A stretch of 25,428 bases of DNA, taken from NCBI GenBank assembly GCA_040437565.1, contig JBDOQK010000012.1, positions 558,001 to 583,428 on the forward strand, in the 5' to 3' direction. The notes under the pieces were generated by a model. That model was given only the letters and a program-made list of their open reading frames with translations. It was not told where the DNA came from and made no database searches. The position numbers and the translations under genes are program-made. Below, piece by piece: positions 1-9,769 of this stretch (its first letter is position 1; each line of letters opens with the position of its first letter). The stretch is from Albugo candida (taxonomy: Eukaryota).

Positions 1-3000
1 CACGTGTATGATTCTTTAACATGCAGCTCATTGATCGCTATCCGATGCAGCAATCATAAGATGCCTTACTCATTTTTAGCTGTACTTACAACTTACTTAC
101 GGGAAGTCTTCTCTATCTCCACACCAAGGAATTCTTCTGCGTTCAATTCGGTTAATGGCTCGATCACTCGCCAATCCACTGACTGATCGTCCCATGTAGA
201 ACGACTCATATAGCGCCCCTATACAAAATGTCTCATTCTATACATGGTGGTGTTTACCTGCAAAGGCTCTTATATCATTAAAAGCACNNNNNNNNNNNNN
301 NNNNNNNNNNNNNNNNNNNNNNNNNNNNNNNNNNNNNNNNNNNNNNNNNNNNNNNNNNNNNNNNNNNNNNNNNNNNNNNNNNNNNNNTACAAAATGTCTC
401 ATTCTATACATGGTGGTGTTTACCTGCAAAGGCTCTTATATCATTAAAAGCACGACGGGATGAGTGCAGCATTCTAAATCTTCACCAATGGAAGCGGTCG
501 TTGTTGCCAGTAACTCCTTTGCATAGACCGAAGATGCTTGCACAATGCGCTCGACCCTCGACCTTTCGGTACTGGAATTTGTTTCCAGGATTAAGTAAAT
601 CATGATTCGTACACAACACAATGGGAATTTCTGTACAACAAGCCGCATCTCGGATTAAGTCGTGTTAGCGCTTCATATCGCCTCAGAAATTGTACACTAC
701 TTGACTATGTCTATCGATTCAACAAGAAGTGCGAGTTTCCTTACAGATAACAAATTCGTAGCTTACAAGGTCCGATGTATCCTCGCGATCAAGCTGCAAG
801 ATGGAGCATTACGACGACCGATTTGTCAACACCATTATAAGTCGCTTGCGTGACTTTGCAATAGTTGGCTTGATCTCAGCAAAACGATTTCCACCTTAGA
901 CAGCTTTGCTTCGTTAAACACTAGGATGACACGTTAATATGAAGCGGGGTCTTCAGCAATCGAGAATCCGAAGATGATGATCTTAAGTGTCAAAGGAAGC
1001 TTGATTACGTATGCTGCTTGCGACTTCTCCAATATCTTGAGAATCACGTCCGCTTTTATGAAGCCAAGTCATCGATATCTACCTGAGCACTACCATCCAA
1101 TCGATTTTGCGCTCCCATCACTGTTACTGATCCATGAAAATATATGCATTATACGATCTTTAGATGGTTCAAATATTGATCCTACAAAAGGGCAACACAT
1201 TCATACACTGTTCACATGCCGGATAGAAGAATTTAGAATTCAGAGCCTTTGTCAGTTTCGACCGCATGCGATGTGAACATACTGACTAGGTATGGGATGA
1301 TCTTATCCAGATTTTTCTATCATCACGGGAAGGCTCAACCATCCAATTTGGGAGTCCGCATGGACTTGCATTGTCCAACCCGTCAACACCCAAAATTTGA
1401 TAGCTTCGCACTTTCATCAAGTTGATTCTCGTAATGTATCGAAACTTCCGTGCTGCGCTGAGTTAGCACAAAAGCATGGTCGATTTCTTACTCGAATTAG
1501 ATATTCAATTTCGGCTAGTACGCTTCATCGATATGCAGCATGAAAATTCATGAAGTTGAGCTTATTGTTAGCTCCTGATCGGAAGTTTTGTTTAATGAGT
1601 TTGCCTATACGCATTGATTGGCCTCTAGAGGCGCACACAAGCGGTAAGCTGCAACGCGGACAAAAGCGGGTCCTTAGCTGTGCTATAAGGCTGCCATGCA
1701 TCACTATGTACTTCATGTTCAGCTTCTTCATCTTGCAAACAGAAAAAATGTGGGCAATTCGGAGAACATCAGAAGAATGCTAACGCGCCCTGAATATGAT
1801 GTTCTCGGATGAAATACTCTCTCGCTGAAACAACATGCTTGCGGCACAATGGTAGTGATAACGACGGATCGAGTAAGAAGTAATTCTTCGCACACGTTTA
1901 TCAAGCTAGTGCATTCCACATTCGTATTATTAAAGTCTCGCATTTGAATGGTGAAAAGATAATCGTGCTCGTAACGTCCTTATTTCATTGTTTGATGTCA
2001 CCTCGAGACGAGTATGATCACAGTAGACTTCGCGTAATGTGGGGACAGCTCATATCAATTCTTCGGATGTGAGTCAAATATGGGATGAGCGCTTCCATTT
2101 TCGTTCTTCATGAATTTTGCCGTGCATTTCTGCGCTCATCACATTCAGCTGCAATGCAAAGGCGTTGTCAATTCTTAATCAGCTTTTTTCATTCTGTTAA
2201 TGCATAAGTGCTTGTCTAAATTGAAACGAAGGCAGCTTTCAACACTCGATTTTGTTCCGTGCCGAGTAATCGTACAAATTGGAAAAGGGCGTCATGAATG
2301 CTGATTCTAGAGCTTGGCAACCCAGGCAATCATATGGCTGATTCACTAGACGAAGAAATCATCCATTGACTATTCAGGGACGGTAAGGCTCCAATGCCGC
2401 CCATTAAAATTGTGAAAGTCTACGGAGAGAATCTGATCTCTTTCACATGCGTAACATAGAGAGATTCAGTGTTCTATGCTGCTAAATGATCCTCTTTCAG
2501 TTTTTTGAAGTACAGAAGCATTCATTTCGAAGAGTATCGAATTTCTCAACGTCTTAAGATACTTGTATTCTCCCAAATTTCTTGGATTTCCCAAAATTTA
2601 AAATCGGCAGTGCACAAGCTTTGAATATTACAGGATGAAGCGATACGTCGAACTGTCCTATCCTTGAGCATGATTGTAGCATAACGCAGTCCTGTCAAGA
2701 ATCCACCTCCAGACAATGAATCGCCCAGTCTGTCGTGAAAGTGAGAATAGTTAGATGTAATGAAGTACACGGCGTTTCACGATGTTTCTATGAAACTCAG
2801 CATGAAAGACGCAACAAAGCGCATATCACCTCACATGCAGCATGAAATCCCCTAATTCTAGCTACTAAATCAATAAGAGTAGTGTAAGCAAACAAGTCGG
2901 GTTTGTAGTCATTCACGAAACCCAATTTGAATGCTCGAATAGCTTGCGCGATTGGATATGCAGGTTGACTTGCTGGAATGATAGCATTATAAGCTTCTGT

Positions 3001-3241
3001 TACTTTTATATGGACCATTGATGATGATAGGCGTGTGGTCTCCACATCTTGATAATTGGATNNNNNNNNNNNNNNNNNNNNNNNNNNNNNNNNNNNNNNN
3101 NNNNNNNNNNNNNNNNNNNNNNNNNNNNNNNNNNNNNNNNNNNNNNNNNNNNNNNNNNNNNTCTGTTACTTTTATATGGACCATTGATGATGATAGGCGT
3201 GTGGTCTCCACATCTTGATAATTGGATGAGCGACTCAGCAT
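1..3241 (-). pseudogene. Degraded multi-exon gene with N-terminal pentatricopeptide (PPR) repeats; probably continues off the left edge
   Basis: From ATG 3241 (-), after removing the gap and its duplicated 66 bp, the frame reads MLSRSSNYQDVETTRLSSSMVHIKVT-EAYNAIIPASQPAYPIAQAIRAFKLGFVNDYKPDL-FAYTTLIDLVARIRGFHAACE. The Y-x-x-(I/L)-I starts are exactly 35 aa apart with a KPD linker, a PPR signature. A GT donor follows at 2829. Downstream protein-like frames carry in-frame stops (RYR*LGFIKADVILKILEKS..IAEDPASY*RVILVF at ~910-1080; LLMI*EPLQ, intron, GRYMSRSTWDD.. near 100-450). That the whole span is one gene is inferred. Confidence 0.5.
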
Positions 3242-3324
3242 AGTCTAATATATTTTGACTCATATATCATCTCCTCCGTCACGAGGTGCGAGTTCAACCA
3301 GCGGAATAAGGAGCGTATAAGTAC

Positions 3325-4166
3325 ATGAACTTCAAACTTCTCTCTGTTCCAGTTGTTGCTCTTCTTTCACATGCATTAATGGGGTCTACTATTCAGGGAT
3401 ATCCAAAATCGATTTCAAGATGCGCGACGCTCACGAAATGTGGATGATGTTATTGATTACAGTCGTGACGAATATTACGATGTTTCCTGCAGTTTGGTGC
3501 TTGCACAAAAGCGGACGTGTTTTTGATGTATGTCATCGATACCGAATCATTTCTTTATATTTGTTTATACTAAACAGATGATTGTAGACTTGTTTTGGAC
3601 TGCTCACTGCTATCACATCCTGTTTGTATCATATTTGCGATAGTATCGATTCTCCGCTTTGGCTGGATGAGGTTAAGGCGATAGACCAAATCCAATGATT
3701 GATCAGATTTCTTTACTCATTCCTCGTTTAGGGCCAGTGGCATCGCCTGGACAACATCGCAACCATCACGAGCATCGTTTGCTGGATTATATATCTCATG
3801 GATATCCAGCAGCGAGTTGTCGAAGAGTATACGCAGTATGTTTTATTCATTTTTGTTCTGATCTGTCAGCAAAAGAATCCTTGGGACCCAGCAAACTCGT
3901 TCGCACCAATCCTGGGAAGCTTGTTGATACTCATGTTCCGATACATGCTATTCCATCCGATTCCGTCTTATCATAAAAGAGAACTCGGCATGGGATTTCT
4001 TTTTTTATTTTGTGGTGTTTGCTTCTATATAAGAGGTTTAGATGACGAGAATGACCCATACCGCTTTTTTCATGGTTGCTGGCATGGACTTTCGGGAATT
4101 GCAGCGTACTATAATGTGCGCATATTAGCAAATAGGCAGAGCGTTCTGCCACTAAAGCAAAAATAA
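3325..4166 (+). CDS. DUF3522 / TMEM8 (PGAP6/myomaker-like) multi-pass membrane protein, CREST superfamily putative lipid hydrolase; 3 exons; probable 1-nt frameshift near 3405-3408, or a shorter form from ATG 3420
   Basis: Exons are (3325/3420)-3527, 3588-3671 and 3732-4166, with 60-nt GT-AG introns 3528-3587 and 3672-3731. The spliced protein has the CREST motifs TSCLYHICD (SxxxH), WHRLDN (D) and FFHGCWH (HxxxH), plus multiple hydrophobic helices. Upstream ATG 3325 encodes signal-peptide-like MNFKLLSVPVVALLSHALMG, out of frame by one base. Confidence 0.8.
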
Positions 4167-4215
4167 AGCCAATTAGATAGGTGACCTAAATACTAGAGCC
4201 ATTCAAATATTCATT

Positions 4216-5012
4216 ATGTCAGCATGGAGCGATCGCTTTTATGCTCTTGATCTCCGCGCGGCAAGAAACATTTATCGGAGTACGGGTAGCACCTACCAAA
4301 TGCGTCTACTATGGGAGACGATTTCATACACCGGAGATGGACTTTTGTACGGCAAGAATAGTCAGGAGTTTGGCGCGCTTAAGCTGACGGATTACCTTAT
4401 GCTCTGTGATTAGGTGGATTTTGATAGTCCTCCCTGTTCTTTTTGTCTTCTGGATGCTTGGGTTTTTAGAAAGGATGAACCAAAATACGAAGTCGTTTAT
4501 TCGCGAGTTTTACATTTGCATCTTGGTATGGAACTCACATGTACTTGAATAGTAACTCATTGACAAGTGTCGCCATCTATAGGTGGACTTGATGGTCATT
4601 TTCATTCTAAAAATATCGATTAAGCGACAGCGACCACCGCATCATAAAACAGACGCACGATTTGTAGGACCGGATCAGCATTCATTTCCATCAGGGCACG
4701 CAACACGCGCTTTGTGCATCACTCGATTTATTTTCGACTACTCTAGTCGTAATTTTCACAGTAAGACTCACTTGATGCTGCTTCACTGAGATGTTTTTTG
4801 ATACAGGAAGCCCGGAACACCTCAAATCGATACTATATGTTAAAGCATCCTGGATTTGCATTTTTACTATTTTTTGGGCGACGATAATATGCTATTCAAG
4901 AGTAGCTTTGGGGCGCCATTATCCCTCAGACGTAGTGGTTGGTGCCTTCGTTGGACTATTATTGGAATATCCGATTGCTTCCTATACGATGAATCACTTC
5001 AGTGCAGATTAA
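4216..5012 (+). CDS. PAP2-superfamily integral membrane lipid phosphate phosphatase (PLPP6/PPAPDC2 or dolichyl-PP phosphatase-like); 4 exons
   Basis: Exons are 4216-4346, 4414-4525, 4583-4760 and 4807-5012, with GT-AG introns of 67, 57 and 46 nt; the frame is continuous after splicing. All three PAP2 motifs are present: C1 KISIKRQRP (K-x6-RP), C2 SFPSGH and C3 SRVALGRHYPSD (SR-x5-H-x3-D). Confidence 0.9.
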
Positions 5013-5219
5013 ATGAATGTACTTATTACCTGGACACCTTGTCTGAATCAATTGACCCTGGAGCAAAAACGATGTAAACGTTCTTGATGCATTTTATGCT
5101 GCTATCGACTCAAGGTTAGNNNNNNNNNNNNNNNNNNNNNNNNNNNNNNNNNNNNNNNNNNNNNNNNNNNNNNNNNNNNNNNNNNNNNNNNNNNNNNNNN
5201 NNNNNNNNNNNNNNNNNNN

Positions 5220-5646
5220 CAGGGCACGCAACACGCGCTTTGTGCATCACTCGATTTATTTTCGACTACTCTAGTCGTAATTTTCGCAGTAATACTCGCT
5301 TGATGATGCTTCACTGAGATGTTTTTTGATACAGGAAGCCCGGAACACCTCAAATCGATACTATATGTTGAAGCATCCTGGATTTGCATTTTTACTATTT
5401 TTTGGGCGACAATAATATGCTATTCAAGAGTAGCTTTGGGGCGCCATTATCCCTCAGACGTAGTGGTTGGTGCTTTCGTTGGACTATTATTGGAATATCC
5501 GATTGCTTCCTATACGATGAATCACTTCAGTGCAGATTAAATGAATGTACTTATTCCCTGGACACCTTATCTGAATCGATTGACCCTGGAGCAAAAACGA
5601 TGTAAACGTTCTTGATGCATGTTATGCTACTATCGACTCAAGGTTA
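5220..5646 (+). repeat. Second, slightly diverged copy of 4692-5119 (3' half of the PAP2 gene plus 3' flank) directly after an N gap
   Basis: Colinear with 4692-5119, with about 13 substitutions in ~428 bp counted by eye (e.g. CAC/CGC, AAA/GAA giving K/E). The intron and stop codon are retained. It could be an allele or a paralog. Confidence 0.85.
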
Positions 5647-5949
5647 TGGTACGCAGGTACAAAGCCACTAATTATTTTGCATACACCTGGACGTGTTGAG
5701 GCACGCCAGAGAACTCTGTGTGAGCCCATCAACCTGCCAATTTTTCGATTGCATTCGGCCCCTCCCTACGCAATGTGAAATTTCAATTTGTTAATCACCT
5801 CATTATTGTTGACTTTGAGTAGGATATCGATGATGAAATAAAAGTAATTTTCAACAGGCTACTCTAGCTGTTAAAAACTAATCTGGCGCTTGCAAGTGTA
5901 TCCTTTCCGCAGTCATTAGATCATTGCATCAGCGAAATATGGAATATCA

Positions 5950-6308
5950 CATTCGTGTCAGAGATCATCGTGGGCTTTATATAGAACGTAGTGTGAAAAA
6001 TTGCCTTACTAGAAGAACAAGATATCACTCTCATAATGTGATGACAGACCCTAGTGTAAAGGGTAGACATAAATACTATTTCGAGCCATTGCGAGGAAGT
6101 CGAAAGCTCCATTGGTTATAGATCTATCGCATTCGTGTCAGAGATCATCGTGGGCTTTATATAAAATGTAGTGTGGAAAATTGCCTTACTAGAAGAACAA
6201 GATATCTCACTCTCATAATGTGATGACAGACCCTAGTTTAAAGGGTAGACATAAATACTATTTCGAGCCATTGCGAGGATGCCGAAAACTCCATTGGTTA
6301 TAGATCTA
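5950..6308 (+). repeat. Tandem duplication (~180-bp period, 2 copies) covering the IMP1 upstream region and first codons
   Basis: 5950-6126 and 6130-6308 are near-identical (CATTCGTGTCAGAGATCATCG...GGTTATAGATCTA), with several substitutions, a 2-nt indel and no N gap between them. Copy 2 carries the IMP1 ATG (GGATGCCG); copy 1 has GGAAGTCG. Confidence 0.92.
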
Positions 6309-6957
6309 CTCTCATCATTCACTCGTTTTGCGAGTGTTTCATACTGCTTACTTCAAGCAGTTGACACCGTCAAGTGCGTAGGACCATCCATGTTACCGAC
6401 ATTGAATCGAAATGGAGACATCGTTCTGTTGGATAAGGTCACTCCATCATTTCGACCAATTCGGAAGGGTGAAGTGGTGGTTTCCAAGTCTGTGAGCGAT
6501 CCTAGAAATACTATTTGCAAGCGCGTCATTGCAGAGGTAATCTATGGAATTTATACTACCTAACAACGATGGTATGATGTCTCTGCGTTCCGGGCTATAT
6601 GGTGAATTGCTGCAGGAAGGTGACATGGTTTGCGTTCGACCAACGTACGCAGGATCGACAGCTGAGTTTCACCGGGTGCTCTTCGCATATTGGCCTGTTT
6701 CGTATTTTCAAACTCTAACGATCTATAAAATGTAATTCCTTTAGATTCCACGGGGATACGTTTGGTTGGAAGGAGATAACAAACATGACTCTCATGATTC
6801 GCGAAATTATGGACCTATACCCCGTGCCATGATCATCGGGCGTGTGCGAATGCGCGTATGTGTATATTACATTTCGACTGTCATTAGTCCGAGAGTGTTA
6901 CTACCCGAATTATTTATGCAGATATGGCCATTGCATCAGGTGCACCGGATCGAATAA
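6279..6957 (+). CDS. IMP1: Mitochondrial inner membrane protease subunit 1 (peptidase S26, IMP1/IMMP1L-like), 154 aa, 4 exons
   Basis: Exons are 6279-6536, 6616-6675, 6745-6855 and 6922-6957, all with phase-0 GT-AG introns. Motifs: CVGPSMLPT (catalytic Ser), ICKRVIA (catalytic Lys), IPRGYVWLEGDN-x3-SHDSRNYGPIP and C-terminal IWPL. Confidence 0.92.
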
Positions 6958-9769
6958 ATCATTTGGCAACAGGAGATCAAAATTGAATAAAATAAGTCGT
7001 TTCTAGCGAATACAGCGATAGATTGTTCGCTTATGCTGAGAGCGCTGCAGTACTCTGACAATCTGCTGCATTGACTTGTCGACGCCGCATAGATCACTCA
7101 GCCGAGCCTACTTGCAGTTCAGCAAGTCAATACGTGGGAACGGAAGCGATCAGCCCGAGGCAACAACGTCATACACTCTCCTACTACGATTCTTTATCAC
7201 GAGAGAACAAAAGAGTACGGTCGGATGCAAATGCACTACAATGTGGCACGATTCCTTCATCGGCGCATTCCTTCTACTTAACGTTTTTCGGACGTGATAG
7301 AGGAAAAGTCAAGATGAGGTGAGAAAAGCAGCGAGATAACACACCTTCACATCATTTTCGGATGTTAATGTAGTAACGGCAGTGCTGATTCCCATTCTTG
7401 TAAACTTGTATGAGTATGGTCTTATTTTGAGAAATCGATCGGGAACAATACTATCGAAAAGGACGTTAGTGCTCTAATAGTACGTTGTGTGTCAGGAGTA
7501 CACAATTCTTCATCTTTCTTCTGACAAGTCCTTATCTATATTTGAAAGAGGACAGCAACAGAACGGGCAATCGTATCGAGCGGAACAATCCCGCAGGATT
7601 TGAGGATGCATAGACGTATTTTTACCCCGGCTGATACTTCACACATCCTGCTACAGGCTCATAGGAGTCTAAGCATGCTTGACTTCACGACTAAACATCA
7701 TCATTAGAGGCATACTTGTCAAAATGCACAGCATCAGAGGATGTACAAGTTCAGATCAAGTATCAAAGCATATCATTCATCAGACGATACTCGATGAAAG
7801 TTACTCTAGAGCGCATAGCATATTTTGTTTATACAGGAGGATACGATTGCGCCACTTTTCTCAGAAAAAGTTTGTGTTGCCATGGCTAATTCTGCCCATG
7901 TTTTGAAGAGAAGATCGAAGATAAAAGTGACTCGAAAAATTACAAAGAACATCAAATCATCGGAATATATAAAACTTTGGTATCAGGAACGTTGTCTCAT
8001 TGAGCAATGATGTGCGTTGCCTATGGTGAGCTTGCCCATAACTTTTGGATTGCGAGAACGTGTTCTCTATCACTTTTTTGTCTTGTGATTTTCAATCAGA
8101 ATTGGCATCATGCAACACGCTCGTGTCCAGTGCTAGCTTGTTGGTCTCAAAAATCCTCATTTACAAGTTGGATCGCTTGTGAGCTTAGGCGACGTAAACC
8201 CTTCATTCAACGTGTCAGAAATTCGATGTTTGAGCCAGGTGCCGGAAAAGGGGATGACTCTATCACCGTATAGGTGGATATCAGCTTTTCCCAATGTACT
8301 ATTTGATAAATTTCGCATATTCACGTTGATTTGATCCGACGGAGTGGTCTCGATTTATAAGAGGCATTATTTACTCGGAGTGATGACTGTTGAGCTGCAT
8401 CTGTTTAGAGTCTACGCTTTGAGCTTCAAAGAATGGGAAAAGCATTATTTTTTACAACAATGATATGTGTTAACTTCCTTCAGAACTTATGACTCGCGAG
8501 TGCGCTTACGCAGGCTGTCGCTGTGAAACATACCGACTGATACCGAGTGCTTCTCAAAGAATCAGAAAAATGTGCTCGTATCTGTTCCAGGGTTTGTTTC
8601 GTTTAGAGTGGATTACGAAAACGATGAAGAGAAGTGATGCTCAATATTGTTCGATCGCCAATGTTCTAAGGAAATCTATAATTTGGTTCAATAGAGAGAA
8701 ACGACATGCTAACATCTTTGCTCCGGTAATAATGATACGATCGCTTCAGGTTTTACTTCGAATTTTCTCTAGCAAATACTTCGACTAGAATGCGACCTTG
8801 CGATCCTCACTTCACTGTAGCGTACACTCACTCTTAGAGAAATTGGAACATAATATACGCTTCATACGCAAAATTCTCGTCAGTATTTTGCCTTCCATTC
8901 GCGCCTCGTATGGCCTTCTACGAATGGAAATGCGACAACTGATTCTATGCTTGTATCGTATGCGATCACACATGGCATAGGACTCGTTTAAAAGCATACT
9001 ACTACTCGTGCTGTCGCTGCTTCATTACCAGCACCCACGGCCGTATGAGAGACCAGGCTGGATCTCCTCTTTGGATTTGAAGATTAGCGCTAGGTTATTG
9101 CCAGGCTTGAACCTTATTGAGGATGAGATACTAAGCAGCGATCCCGTGTCTCATTGAAAATTTAATCGTATTGCTGATCAAGGTATCTTCTCAAGGTGCT
9201 TGTAATGAATATCGATGGTTTCAGGATTATGTTTTCAACGGCTGCCTTGATTTGGGATGGATCATTGCACTACAAGAAACTTATTCAACTTTTTTAAGAT
9301 ACAGCGTTTTGAACTTGCTACCTGAGTGTTGGATCGTCTCTGCTGGACGTCACGGATTATTCGATACAGGCATCGATTTCCAACGATGAGAGAGATATNN
9401 NNNNNNNNNNNNNNNNNNNNNNNNNNNNNNNNNNNNNNNNNNNNNNNNNNNNNNNNNNNNNNNNNNNNNNNNNNNNNNNNNNNNNNNNNNNNNNNNNNAA
9501 GCAGCGATCCCGTGTCTCATTGAAAATTTAATCGTATTGCTGATCAAGGTATCTTCTCAAGGTGCTTGTAATGAATATCGATGGTTTCAGGATTATGTTT
9601 TCAACGGCTGCCTTGATTTGGGATGGATCATTGCACTACAAGAAACTTATTCAACTTTTTTAAGATACAGCGTTTTGAACTTGCTACCTGAGTGTTGGAT
9701 CGTCTCTGCTGGACGTCACGGATTATTCGATACAGGCATCGATTTCCAACGATGAGAGAGATATGTTGG

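Noticed and set aside
222-453. 66-bp direct repeat around the first gap (likewise 2996-3227 and 22302-22533)
   Set aside because: Three gaps have exactly 66 bp of identical duplicated flank, which points to unmerged assembler overlaps rather than biology.
4761-4806. Apparent frameshift/stop splitting the PAP2 gene
   Set aside because: It is explained by a 46-nt GTAAGA...ACAG intron that restores the frame.
9133-9764. Two identical 72-aa ORFs (9171-9389, 9537-9755) suggesting a tandem gene pair
   Set aside because: They lie in an identical 266-bp overlap either side of an N gap, start at TTG and have no recognisable motif; this is an assembly duplication.
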